Assembly: GCA_001917175.1 (NCBI GenBank)
Contig: MNTV01000019.1
Span: 22,940-86,939 of the forward strand
Direction: 5' to 3'
DNA from: Azospirillum sp. 51_20
GTDB lineage: Bacteria; Pseudomonadota; Alphaproteobacteria; RF32; CAG-239
DNA length: 64,000 bases
The position numbers were made by a program, and so were the translations under genes. Below are positions 9,806 through 19,373 of the stretch, piece after piece; positions within the stretch are counted from its first letter, which is position 1; each line of letters begins with the position of its first letter. Below the pieces are notes generated by a model that was given only the letters and a program-made list of their open reading frames with translations, was not told the DNA's origin and did not search any database.

Positions 9806-11014
9806 TTATTTGAGCTTTTCCTGCACTTCCTTATAGGAATAGTGAGGCTCATTGGTGTAGAGCACCATTGTCAGCGGGGCAGCGAAAATTTCGCGGGAGA
9901 TGATTTTCACTTCGTGAGACGACACGTTCCAGATGTAATTGATCCGGTCGTTGATGTCGTACATCTCGCCTTTTCCGAACAACTGCCAGGCAGTTTCCAC
10001 GGCGGCAGGCTGCGGCTGTGAGAAAAGCCAGAGTTTTTCGCTCATTGCCCATTGCTTAGAGGTTTCCATCCGTCGTTCCGACGCTTCCGTATTTTGCAGA
10101 CGGGAAACGTTTTGGCAGACGATGTCGAGCATTTCGTTGGTCGACAACTGGGAAGAAGTCACCGAAATGCGGAGCGTGCGGCGTCCGTAATAACCGGCGA
10201 TTTTCACCTCAATCTGCGCATCCGTCGGCCGAGGAATCTTCACGTTCCTTACCGGATCGTACACTTCGTTGAACGAACGTTCCAGACGTTTTGAGAGCAT
10301 CGACATCATTACGTTGGCGCTGGAAGAACCTTTGATTTCGGTTACGTCCCATCCCAGCAGAATCTGACGATAACTTCCGTCCGACGGAATCAGATTGTAA
10401 CCGCCGGTATAGATCGACTTCTGCACGCGCTGGCGTTCGCCGGCCGGAATGTCTCCGAAATATTTCTCCGCCAGAGTTTTGACCTCGTCTTTTCCGACAT
10501 GGCCGCCGGCAACCACAACCACCAGATTCTTTCCGGTGTAGTATTTGTCGGCAAACTCTTTGAGATCCGGAGCACCGTAGCTCTCAATCGCATTGATGTA
10601 GCTTTCGGCATCCCACAAAACGCGTTTTTTGCCGAACGCGGTGTGTTTGTAGAGAAGCTTCATCTGTCGTTTTACCAACGGAGCCAGGTCACGGGTATGT
10701 TCCACGATGTCGAACGCGGCGGCCTGAATCAGATCGCTTCCCAGATGAGGAGCTTTGATCAGGTTTGCCATCTTCGACATGGTCATCTCCAGTTCTTCTT
10801 TTTCACATCCGGTGAAAAAGCTGGTGACGGTTCCGCCGTAAACGGTCTGCACCCGGCTTACCTGTTTCATGAGCACGTTTTCGTACAGAGCGGCAATTCC
10901 GAGTTTCGGTTCATTGACATGACCTACGTTTACGGTTACCGATACTGACAACTCTTTTGATGAACACTCGGCAATGACAATGGTCGCACCATTGTTTAAT
11001 TTGAACTTTTCCAT
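9806..11014 (-). CDS. M16 (pitrilysin) family protein, probably non-catalytic
   Basis: M16-like N-terminus (GATIVIAE...VTVNVGHVNEPKLGIAALYENVLMK). The position of the HxxEH zinc motif reads ALYEN. Confidence 0.7.
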   Translation of the reverse strand: MEKFKLNNGATIVIAECSSKELSVSVTVNVGHVNEPKLGIAALYENVLMKQVSRVQTVYGGTVTSFFTGCEKEELEMTMSKMANLIKAPHLGSDLIQAAAFDIVEHTRDLAPLVKRQMKLLYKHTAFGKKRVLWDAESYINAIESYGAPDLKEFADKYYTGKNLVVVVAGGHVGKDEVKTLAEKYFGDIPAGERQRVQKSIYTGGYNLIPSDGSYRQILLGWDVTEIKGSSSANVMMSMLSKRLERSFNEVYDPVRNVKIPRPTDAQIEVKIAGYYGRRTLRISVTSSQLSTNEMLDIVCQNVSRLQNTEASERRMETSKQWAMSEKLWLFSQPQPAAVETAWQLFGKGEMYDINDRINYIWNVSSHEVKIISREIFAAPLTMVLYTNEPHYSYKEVQEKLK

Positions 11015-11161
11015 ATGTTTTGAAAAATAAATAAGTGAATAAATAATAGTTAACTACAGAAAAGACGTATACGCCTTTCTCCGTAATTTGTCAATATTTT
11101 TGGCGATTTTTTTTGTATTTTGTCCTCAACCGTATGAAAAAACGGTTTTATTTTTTTATTC

Positions 11162-11869
11162 TCACTTTTTGAAAATTGATGAAAACAACGTTTCCCGTTT
11201 AGGACTCGGCGTTTCGTCAACTTCGGTATAAGAAATGTAATCGCATATGTCCCAGTCTATCCCCTCGCGAATCACACGGGCGGGAACGCCGGCGATCAGC
11301 AGGTTTTTCTCCTCAAATTTCCTGTTGACCAAGGACATTGCACCGACGACGGAATCGGCACGGATTTTCGTTCCCTTAAGCAACATGCAGCGGGCGCCGA
11401 TCCATACATGGCGGTCAATAACGACGTCCTGCGGCTCGTTCAAAGGATCGCGGCTGCCTTTGTCAACGATCGTGTGGCCGTCGCCGGTGCGAATGATGCA
11501 GCCGGTTCCCATAATCACGTTATCGCCGAGAATGACGGAAACGCCTTTTTTTTCTTTGGCCAGAATGGATATATTGCCGTTAAAAAGGCAATTGCGGCCG
11601 ATAATGATCCGGCTTCCGTGATTGAGATGAAAAAACACGCCGCCCGTTTTGGCCCCGCTGCGTTGCTTTTCAAAACAATTGCCGTTTCCGAACATCTCCA
11701 GCCGCGAATTTTGAAAATCCTGCGGAAAACCGATCCTGACCAGATTGTCGTTTCCGTTAACGACGATGTCAAGCCCGGGGATCTCTTCCGTCAATTCCCG
11801 TTCTTTTCCGTTTTCGACGATTATCAGGCGGTTATTTTCTCCCGTGATCGACAATCCCATGGTCTGCAC
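11162..11869 (-). CDS. hexapeptide-repeat (left-handed beta-helix) acyltransferase
   Basis: Repeated [LIV]G-x4 hexads: GDNVIMGTGCIIRTGDGHTI, VVIDRHVWIGARCMLLKGTKIRADSVVGAMSLV. Confidence 0.8.
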   Translation of the reverse strand: MQTMGLSITGENNRLIIVENGKERELTEEIPGLDIVVNGNDNLVRIGFPQDFQNSRLEMFGNGNCFEKQRSGAKTGGVFFHLNHGSRIIIGRNCLFNGNISILAKEKKGVSVILGDNVIMGTGCIIRTGDGHTIVDKGSRDPLNEPQDVVIDRHVWIGARCMLLKGTKIRADSVVGAMSLVNRKFEEKNLLIAGVPARVIREGIDWDICDYISYTEVDETPSPKRETLFSSIFKK

Positions 11870-11873
11870 TCCT

Positions 11874-12494
11874 TTAATAGTTCAAAAACGAGGGTTCAAA
11901 CGACGGCTGTTCGGGCGGAATGTCGACGGCCTGCCACAAATCCTTGTCCGGATCATAAGTTATATGAATAAAATCACAGTTGGCCAGACGATAGATTCTG
12001 CGGCCGAACAAAACGTTGATCAACACCGTCATGGCGTTGCCGTGAGTGGAAAGCGCAATGTTGCGGCTGCTGTATTTTTGCGCCGCGTCGCGGATTGCCG
12101 CCTTCATCCGCTCGGCCACTTCGCCGAAACTTTCCCCGTCGGGAAATTTTGCCCCGTAATCGGCATAACATTTGCGAAAATCGGGATATTTCTCTTCCCG
12201 TTCAATCGTGTACATGCCGTTTAACTTCCCGTAATCCACTTCCCGCAGGCGGGGATCGTACTCAATTTCCAGCCCCAGCCGGCCGGCCACGATTTCCGCC
12301 GTCTGGGCGGCGCGGAGAAGGTCCGAACTGATGAGCCTTTTGATTTTCCTGTCTGCCAACTTTTCCGCCAGAGAGGCCGCCTGTTCGCGGCCGTTCATCG
12401 TCAGCGGAACCGGATAGGGATGCTGGCCCTGCGGACGTCCTTCCGCGTTCCAGACCGTTTGTCCGTGGCGAAAAATGTAAAAATGCTTTTTCAT
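11874..12494 (-). CDS. histidine phosphatase family protein (phosphoglycerate mutase-like)
   Basis: FRHGQTVWN catalytic RHG motif and a downstream STHGNAM histidine. Confidence 0.85.
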   Translation of the reverse strand: MKKHFYIFRHGQTVWNAEGRPQGQHPYPVPLTMNGREQAASLAEKLADRKIKRLISSDLLRAAQTAEIVAGRLGLEIEYDPRLREVDYGKLNGMYTIEREEKYPDFRKCYADYGAKFPDGESFGEVAERMKAAIRDAAQKYSSRNIALSTHGNAMTVLINVLFGRRIYRLANCDFIHITYDPDKDLWQAVDIPPEQPSFEPSFLNY

Positions 12495-12584
12495 CTGTTC
12501 CTTAAATCCGACTATTGTCCTTTACTGCCGGATTGTACCCCAAGAGCGGCAAAAAGCAAACGCTTTTTCCCGTTTTCCCGACAC

Positions 12585-12620
12585 AAAAAAACTCCGCGGC
12601 CGACCGGCCGGGAGTTTTTT
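12585..12620 (-). terminator. rho-independent terminator after the lipoprotein gene
   Basis: ~11-bp GC-rich hairpin (AACTCC.CGGCC-gacc-GGCCGGGAGTT) flanked by an A-run and a T-run, directly after the stop at 12623. Confidence 0.55.
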
Positions 12621-12622
12621 CG

Positions 12623-13225
12623 TCATTCCAGCTTCTTGATGGCCAGAACTTCGTTGGGAAACAGCGTGTAAACGTTGTACACGATCCGGTCACCCGGCTT
12701 CAGTTCCAGCTTCAGCTTGCTTTTTTTCACATAGACCAGACCGCCGTCATCAAGCTCGATAAACCAGGTGTCAATCGGCAGAAAAGTCAGGCTGTAACGG
12801 ATCTTCATGTCAAAAATGTCCGTCACTTCCGCCTCAATCGGATCACTCGCCACCAACCCGCGGCTTTGTCCTTTTCCTTCTTCGCCGGCAGCATCGCTTC
12901 CGTCGCCCAGTTCGACCCCGTTTAACACCGCGATTTCATCCGGACAAAAAGAAAAAACGCGATAACGGATTCTTTCCCCTTCGTGCAGATCCCGGTTATA
13001 ACGGTAGCGGAGCATGTAAACGTCACGGCCGTCGGACAACCTCAGCACGTACGCGGAAAACGGAAAGGGAACTTCCCGTCGCATGCTGACGGCATAAAGC
13101 TTTTCAACCACCGCGCTTTCTTCTTCCTCCACCGGATGGGAAAACTGCGGCTTTGTCTTTTCCTCTTCTTTGTCGCAGGCGGCAAAAAGCAGCAGCGACA
13201 ACAGCAAAACAAAAGTTTTTTTCAT
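12623..13225 (-). CDS. lipoprotein, unknown function
   Basis: MKKTFVLLLSLLLFAAC lipobox followed by an acidic linker. Confidence 0.6.
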   Translation of the reverse strand: MKKTFVLLLSLLLFAACDKEEEKTKPQFSHPVEEEESAVVEKLYAVSMRREVPFPFSAYVLRLSDGRDVYMLRYRYNRDLHEGERIRYRVFSFCPDEIAVLNGVELGDGSDAAGEEGKGQSRGLVASDPIEAEVTDIFDMKIRYSLTFLPIDTWFIELDDGGLVYVKKSKLKLELKPGDRIVYNVYTLFPNEVLAIKKLE

Positions 13226-13347
13226 ATGCATCATAGTTAATTAATAATTTCAAACCGATTGTTTTATACCTCTTTTGCCGGCATTTGTAAACCCTTTGCG
13301 GCACAAAAAAAGAAGCGTCCCGGGGACGCTTCTTTTACAGGCCTTTC

Positions 13348-14394
13348 TCAGCGGACGTTCACCGCATAACGGATTTTGTCCGGCATCTTGTGGTAATGAA
13401 CCATTTTGGGCGTCAGGTAAGAACCGACAAACGGATCGCCGCCGATTTTTTTCAAAATCCGGTTTAATTCCGGCTGCGCCTGCCCGGCCGCCTCAATCTG
13501 CCAGCTGTCGAGAACTTTCCATTTTTCCCCTTTGTATGCCGGCAGTTTGCTGCGGGCATAGGCCTCGGCCTTGTTCAACGGCAGGCCGGAAATTTCGTCG
13601 CAGAAATAGAGAACGAACTTTTCATACTCCAACGCCTTGCGATTGTAGGGAACAAATACGCCAAGCGGCGTTCCTTCCTGAAGCACACGGTCGGAAACAA
13701 CCATCCGGTCACGCCAGCGGTAAAGGATATCCATGGAATATTCTTTACCCATTTTCAGCTTTTCGATTTCTTCCCTTTCCGCCGCGGTAAAACCGTCTTC
13801 GTCAACCGCCGGGTTTTCGACTGGAGAATCTCCGCCGCTTTCCGGCCGCGCCGGTTCTTGCGGACCGGGCACCGTTTCCGTCGCCGTTTCCGCCGGTACG
13901 GGAAGCACGCTTTCCTCTTCCGTTTTCGTCTGTTCCGAAACGGCGGCGTTTTCGTTTTCAACCGTCTTTCGTTTGCACGGCCGCCCCAGCTTTTTGCCGT
14001 TGCGGCTGTAACCTTTACGGGGGACGGGCAGCGGCGTTTCTTCCGCGGCAGAAGCCCCGCCTTTTTTCTCTCCGGCGCCGAGCACATAGCCGACAATACC
14101 GTTTTCGTCTTCCAACGGCATTTCCTCCGTTTCCGTCTTTTCGGACGCCGACGGCAGAATTTCGGCCGCGGCGGCGGAAAAAGGAGAACTTTCCGTCAAT
14201 CGGAACAGTTCGTCACACTTGTTTCTGACGTTTTTCAGAAACAGTGCCGTTTGATCCGCGGGGAAACAGTCGTCAAGCGAAAGTCCGGCACGCGTCATCA
14301 TCTCCCGGGCAAATCCGGCATAAACTTCTTTCGGAAGTTCCATTTGCAGAATCGCCTCAAGCAGAGAACTCAAAACTTTCTTTTCATCAGCCAT
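13348..14394 (-). CDS. hypothetical protein with a GRP-core basic segment and a C-terminal domain shared with 38525-39124
   Basis: ATG at 14394. Central acidic/Pro-rich linker containing KKLGRPCKRK. C-terminal ~110 aa align to the C-terminus of the 38525-39124 product. Confidence 0.6.
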   Translation of the reverse strand: MADEKKVLSSLLEAILQMELPKEVYAGFAREMMTRAGLSLDDCFPADQTALFLKNVRNKCDELFRLTESSPFSAAAAEILPSASEKTETEEMPLEDENGIVGYVLGAGEKKGGASAAEETPLPVPRKGYSRNGKKLGRPCKRKTVENENAAVSEQTKTEEESVLPVPAETATETVPGPQEPARPESGGDSPVENPAVDEDGFTAAEREEIEKLKMGKEYSMDILYRWRDRMVVSDRVLQEGTPLGVFVPYNRKALEYEKFVLYFCDEISGLPLNKAEAYARSKLPAYKGEKWKVLDSWQIEAAGQAQPELNRILKKIGGDPFVGSYLTPKMVHYHKMPDKIRYAVNVR

Positions 14395-14534
14395 AAGCAA
14401 AAGTTTTTAAATTGGACATAAACATAGTGACAATAAAATTTCAAACGGTTTTAATATAATTGAAAAAAGCCGGAAAAGCAATCTTTTATTTTGTTTATTT
14501 ATGTCTAAAACGCTCTTTGCCCCGCCGGCGGCCT

Positions 14535-16151
14535 TCAACGTCGGCATTCTTCCCGCTCAGGCCGGCATTTTTGCCGCCAGACGACGTTCATGTTTTCCTG
14601 CATATTCTTTACCGTTTGCGGCGACACGCCGAAAGCCGCCGCCAATTCGCCCGTCCCGACCCGCATGCGATCGGCGGCATCAAACAGATCCAGACGATGG
14701 GCGCAGGCCGCCTGCACTTCCCCGGCCAGGGAAACCAGCAGTTTTTCGTCATGCCGCAGTTCGCGCGCGGCCAGAATCCACAAAACCATCCATTCGTGCG
14801 GATAACGATAGTCGGAAGCCATGTCGCGGCCGTCTTCGGAAACTTCGGCGCCGCCTTTTTTGCCGAAACGGGAAAGCGCTTCTGTCAGACGAATTTTACA
14901 AAATCCCCGCGCTTCGGAAAACGCCTCGCGCCGCCCCTTTTCACTTAAACCCTGCAGCCGTTCAAGCGTCCGGGCATCGGTTTTTAAGAGAAAGCAGCGG
15001 GGAGTGACGGCCCAAACGTGCCCTTCCCCGTTCCAGCGGTTGACGGCAAAGTTGTCGTCGCAGGCTCCCGGCACGTCGGCGGCCTCAAACGCCGCGGCAG
15101 GCAGTTTAAAATCATAAATGCCGAGGTTGCCCAGTTCTTCCCGCATTTCCCGGCAAACGTTGCGGCGGGCAATTTCCTCTTCGTCGGAAATCAGCGCCGC
15201 TTTGCCGGCCGAAACAACCACGTCATCGCGGACGGCCGCCAGCTGCCGCCGCCGTTTCTCATCCGCGGCGGCAAATTCTTCCGCGCCCGTCCTTTCCGCC
15301 AGACCGCCGAGCGCGCCCAGACCGTCGGGTCTGCCGGTTTTGGCGTTACGGCGCAGCAGTACGCCGACGCAAACGCTTTGCAGCCGCTTCAACGCGCCGC
15401 CTTCCGTTCCCGCCGATCCGGCATAGAACGTAACGTTGGCGCCGCTGCCGGCAATCAGCCGGCGGTTGTCCCCGGCGGCCAGAATCTTTTCCCGCGCCTT
15501 TCCCTTCGGCGCATTCCGCAGGGCATTCTCCACTTCCGCCCGGTCGGCATAACCGACGATCCGTTTAAGCTCATGTTCCGCCGTTTCCGGTCTGAAAATC
15601 ACCCCGGCCATGCCGAGAGCACGGGCCGCCTCGACGTTCTTCGGCTTGTCGTCGACCATGATCATTTCCTCAAAACGGCAGTTCAATTTTGCACGCACAT
15701 ATTCATACACCGCCGGATCGGGTTTCAACAATCCGGCTTTATACGAGACAAAAACATTTTCGGGACGCAGCAGTTCGGGATAGCCGACGGTATCGGCAAG
15801 CGCCGGCATTGCGTTGGAAAAAACGGCGTTTTCAATTCCCTTTTGCCGCATATAGGCCATCATCCTGCGGGTTTCGGCAAAATAGCGACCGACCCCGCGG
15901 TGCAGTTCCCGGTTGACCGCCGCCGGGGTTTCTCCGGTATAAGGCACGCCGAAACGTTCGCATATCTCCCGGCACATTTCCCGCGTATCAATTTTTCCCA
16001 GCATATAAGGATCAAAATCATATGCCCGCAGGCCGCCGCCGAACCGGAATTTTTCCGGATCGGCCGTTCGGGCGGCAATCCAGCGTTCAAGCGGCTCCAG
16101 ACTGTAATCGTAAATCGTTTTGCCCACGTCCCATATGCAGTATCTGATCAT
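14535..16151 (-). CDS. HAD-IA-like phosphatase fused to a Nudix-like domain and a C-terminal HTH-like segment
   Basis: N-terminus CIWDVGKTIYDY (YihX-type DxG variant of HAD motif I) and VDDKPKNVEAARALGMAGV (motif III). Mid-protein split Nudix-like box GGLAERTG...REMREELG. C-terminal GELAAAFGVSPQTVKNM. GGGAG lies upstream of ATG 16151. Confidence 0.6.
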   Translation of the reverse strand: MIRYCIWDVGKTIYDYSLEPLERWIAARTADPEKFRFGGGLRAYDFDPYMLGKIDTREMCREICERFGVPYTGETPAAVNRELHRGVGRYFAETRRMMAYMRQKGIENAVFSNAMPALADTVGYPELLRPENVFVSYKAGLLKPDPAVYEYVRAKLNCRFEEMIMVDDKPKNVEAARALGMAGVIFRPETAEHELKRIVGYADRAEVENALRNAPKGKAREKILAAGDNRRLIAGSGANVTFYAGSAGTEGGALKRLQSVCVGVLLRRNAKTGRPDGLGALGGLAERTGAEEFAAADEKRRRQLAAVRDDVVVSAGKAALISDEEEIARRNVCREMREELGNLGIYDFKLPAAAFEAADVPGACDDNFAVNRWNGEGHVWAVTPRCFLLKTDARTLERLQGLSEKGRREAFSEARGFCKIRLTEALSRFGKKGGAEVSEDGRDMASDYRYPHEWMVLWILAARELRHDEKLLVSLAGEVQAACAHRLDLFDAADRMRVGTGELAAAFGVSPQTVKNMQENMNVVWRQKCRPEREECRR

Positions 16152-16260
16152 CTTTTTTCTCCCGCCATTGTTGCCGAGTATAACCGATATTTTACCGTAA
16201 GGCAAACCTTGTTTTTGTCCGCCCCGCCATTATATTGGCTAAAAAAAACGGAGATCGGAC

Positions 16261-17160
16261 ATGGGATATCTGCTGGCAGTCACTGCCATTTTTTTCTGGA
16301 GCTGGAACATTATCGTCGCTACCGGTTTCGCCTCCTCGCTGGCACCGCTTGAAATTGCCTTCGGCCGCTGGCTGGTCGCGGCCTGCATCCTGCTGCCGCT
16401 TGCATGGAAAAGGCTGGCGGCGGGACGAAAGCTGCTGCTGAAACATGCCCCGCTGGTCGTCGGGCTGGCGGTAACCGGCATTGTGCTTGACAACACCCTG
16501 ATCTATTTTGCCGGACATACCGCCTCGGCCGTCAACATCGGCATGCTTGACATGACCGGACCGATTTTTCTGGTGCTGCTTTCGCGCATTTTTCTTAAAA
16601 CCGAAATTTCCCGCCGTCAATTCGCGGGACTGATCGTTGCCGTCATCGGCGTCGTCGTCATCATTTTAGACGGCGACTTCACCCGGCTTTCCCGGGTCAA
16701 ACTGGTCAGCGGCGATTTTTTCGTGCTGGCCAACACCTTCGGCTTCGCCGTATATTCCCTGCTGCAGTCGCGGCGGCCGCCGGAAATCGACCAATCCGCC
16801 ATGCTCGGCGCCACCGTCATCGTCGCGCTGCCGATCCTGGCCGCGGGAATGCTTTTTTCCGTTCCCGCCGCACGGCTTGAGAGCATTCGCGGAGAAGACG
16901 TCGCCGTCATTGTTTATCTCGGCGTTTTCAATTCCGTCGTTTCCTATCTTTCGTGGAACACCGCGCTCAACAAAATCGGCAACGTCAAAGCCGGCATCAT
17001 TTACTATATGCTGCCGGTGTTCAGCGCGCTTGAAGCGCATTTCGTATTAAAAGAGCACATCAGTTTGTCACAGGCATTGGGCGGCGCCGTCGTCGTCGCC
17101 GGCGTGCTTCTGGTCAGCCTGCCGAAGAAAACACCCCGCCGCCGGCCGGAACCGCAATAA
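16261..17160 (+). CDS. EamA/DMT family transporter
   Basis: ~10 hydrophobic segments and two EamA-like halves (FFWSWNIIV..., VSYLSWNTALNKIG). Confidence 0.85.
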   Translation: MGYLLAVTAIFFWSWNIIVATGFASSLAPLEIAFGRWLVAACILLPLAWKRLAAGRKLLLKHAPLVVGLAVTGIVLDNTLIYFAGHTASAVNIGMLDMTGPIFLVLLSRIFLKTEISRRQFAGLIVAVIGVVVIILDGDFTRLSRVKLVSGDFFVLANTFGFAVYSLLQSRRPPEIDQSAMLGATVIVALPILAAGMLFSVPAARLESIRGEDVAVIVYLGVFNSVVSYLSWNTALNKIGNVKAGIIYYMLPVFSALEAHFVLKEHISLSQALGGAVVVAGVLLVSLPKKTPRRRPEPQ

Positions 17161-17779
17161 AAATGTCCTTGGCCGCCACCCGGTCAAACAATGTATAGAC
17201 GTCGACCCCGATTTTGCGGTCAAAATAATCTTTCAGCTCATGCATCGACTCGAGCATTCCCGGCGGAACGTCAATGCCGTGGCGGCTGGCGTATTCCGCC
17301 GCCCGCTCCTCGATCGTCACCAAACCGTAAGCGTTGGCCAGTCCGTCGGCCATCTGCACCAGCAGATCGTAATCGTTCAGCGGATGCGAACGGATAAAGG
17401 CGGCCGTCGTCTCATAATCTTCCCGGCGGTCAAAAAACATTTTGCGGCAATGCTCAAAACTTTCCAGCCGGTTGAAAGGGAAAGTATGGACCAGACAGGC
17501 CCGCGCCACGTCGGCATTTTCCTCTTTGAGCATTTCATAGCCCAGCACGCCGTGGAAACGTTGTTCGTGTTTTTCCCTGATTTTGCCGATGTCGTGCAAA
17601 AGCGCCGAAAAATAGGCCAGATTGGCATCCATCCCCGCCAGATCCGCCACCACCCGCGCCACTTCCGCCGCGCCGAACACATGGTTGTGGAACAAATACC
17701 AGGTATTTTCCGGCCGGCCATGGGCGATTTCAAAATTTTTTTCCCGTAAAATTAATTCATTAGCATAGCTGAAATTCAT
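17114..17779 (-). CDS. HD domain phosphohydrolase
   Basis: H...LLHDIGK HD motif; 221 aa. The 3' end overlaps the convergent EamA gene by 47 nt. Confidence 0.8.
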   Translation of the reverse strand: MNFSYANELILREKNFEIAHGRPENTWYLFHNHVFGAAEVARVVADLAGMDANLAYFSALLHDIGKIREKHEQRFHGVLGYEMLKEENADVARACLVHTFPFNRLESFEHCRKMFFDRREDYETTAAFIRSHPLNDYDLLVQMADGLANAYGLVTIEERAAEYASRHGIDVPPGMLESMHELKDYFDRKIGVDVYTLFDRVAAKDIFIAVPAGGGVFSSAG

Positions 17780-17911
17780 TTTGTCAACCCCGAAACAAAA
17801 AAGACAACCGAATTTAACGGAATTGGTCAGTATACCCTTCCGCCGGATCTTTGTAAAGCAATATTATACAGTATTTTCAGATTTTAAGCAACGGGCGAAA
17901 ACGCCGGCGGC

Positions 17912-18544
17912 CTATACCTTTTCCATGTAACGCGCCAGCATTTCCATCGATTTCAGATAATATTCCTTACTGTGTCCGGCGACTTTGCCGGGGGTAACGG
18001 TGATCACCTCCCAGGTATAGGTATTGTCGTTGTTGCGGTGCACGCCGTAAGCGCCGATGCTCTTGCAGTCTCCGTTGATCAGGCGGACAAAGTCGTTCAG
18101 CTCCACTTCGTAAAGTCCCGCCACCTCTTCCGGCTGCAGCCGCACTTTGGCCAGCAGGTTGTCTACCACCGCCATATACAAAACTTCAAATTCCCGGTTA
18201 TAGACTTCCCCCTCCTGATAAACCTCGCGGGTGGTAAACATTTTGACCAGATCGTCCTTCTGCAGGGAAAGTCCCAGTTCTTCCGTCACTTCGCGGTAAC
18301 CGTCCTTCACCTCTTCGCCGGATTTGACATGGCCGGCGGCGGAAACGTCCAGCATGTCGGGATAAATGGACTTGTCCTTATTGCGCAGCTGCAGCCACAC
18401 CATAACCCTGCCCTCGTCGTTCTTGCGCGCCAGCCAGCAATGAAAAGTCTTATGCCACAGTCCTTCCCGGTGCGCCTGCGATTTCAGCGCCGTTCCCAGC
18501 AGATTCATGTTTTCGTCAAAAATATCAATCAGTTCGTCAGCCAT
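17912..18544 (-). CDS. NUDIX hydrolase
   Basis: Nudix box GHVKSGEEVKDGYREVTEELGL. Confidence 0.85.
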   Translation of the reverse strand: MADELIDIFDENMNLLGTALKSQAHREGLWHKTFHCWLARKNDEGRVMVWLQLRNKDKSIYPDMLDVSAAGHVKSGEEVKDGYREVTEELGLSLQKDDLVKMFTTREVYQEGEVYNREFEVLYMAVVDNLLAKVRLQPEEVAGLYEVELNDFVRLINGDCKSIGAYGVHRNNDNTYTWEVITVTPGKVAGHSKEYYLKSMEMLARYMEKV

Positions 18545-18640
18545 AGTCTAAAAAGCTCCGTCATAAAGTATCATATTATGACTTCATCATAGCATTTTTA
18601 TCCGCCAAGGCAAGCGGCAAAACGTCCGGCAGCCGTTTTT

Positions 18641-19261
18641 TTATCCCGGTTTGAAGGCCACCGCTTCCGCCGCCCGGTAGCGCCCGTAGTGCCTTTCGTT
18701 TCTTTCGCATTCATTGATTTTTGCAATTTCAAAGGATTGCAGCAGCTCCCTTAAATATTCCAAACGGAAGAAATGGCGGACATGACCGTGTTCAAAAATA
18801 TCCGGTCCGACCTCGGTTCCCTGTCCATATTCGAAATCGGAAACGGATTTGCAGGCAACCGAAAAACAGCCGCCGGGATTAAGCGTTTTATAAATTTCGG
18901 CAACGATCGCCCGGGTTTTCGCATCGTCCCAATAATGCAGGGAAAGGTCGGCCAGTACCCAGTCATAGCGCCGGCGGCCGCCGTCAAAGCCGGCAATGTC
19001 GCCGCAAACGGTTTCAATCTCCGGATTTTGCCGGCGGATGTGCGCCAACGCCGAAGGCGAAATATCCAAAGCGGTCACCTTGTATCCGCGGGCCGCCAGC
19101 CACAGGCTGCCGCGTCCTTTGCCGGCACCGAGATCAAGCACGGTTTTAAACCCGCGGCAGCGGAGGTACGCTTCCGTTTCTGCAACAAAGCCGCCCGGCA
19201 CCGCGCCGTCTTCGGTAAATTTGTTAACCCATTTGTCTTCCCAATACGCCTGATCCGCCAT
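18641..19261 (-). CDS. class I SAM-dependent methyltransferase
   Basis: Motif I VLDLGAGKGRGSLWLA, followed by VTALDISP. Confidence 0.85.
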   Translation of the reverse strand: MADQAYWEDKWVNKFTEDGAVPGGFVAETEAYLRCRGFKTVLDLGAGKGRGSLWLAARGYKVTALDISPSALAHIRRQNPEIETVCGDIAGFDGGRRRYDWVLADLSLHYWDDAKTRAIVAEIYKTLNPGGCFSVACKSVSDFEYGQGTEVGPDIFEHGHVRHFFRLEYLRELLQSFEIAKINECERNERHYGRYRAAEAVAFKPG

Positions 19262-19305
19262 ATTTCATTTTCCTTTCCCGCGCTGTCATCTTAACGCAAA
19301 ATAAA

Positions 19306-19342
19306 CAAACGGCAAACAAAAAACTCTTCCGCCCGCAAGCGG
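19306..19342 (-). terminator. rho-independent terminator after the tandem paralog pair
   Basis: 11-bp stem AACTCTTCCGC-ccgcaa-GCGGAAGAGTT with flanking A and T runs. Confidence 0.6.
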
Positions 19343-19373
19343 AAGAGTTTTTGTTGTTCAAACGGCCGCCGCA

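Noticed and set aside
17114-17160. 47-nt overlap of the convergent EamA and HD genes
   Set aside because: Both ORFs look complete to their stops. 3'-end overlaps of convergent genes are common, and nothing suggests a functional antisense arrangement beyond that.
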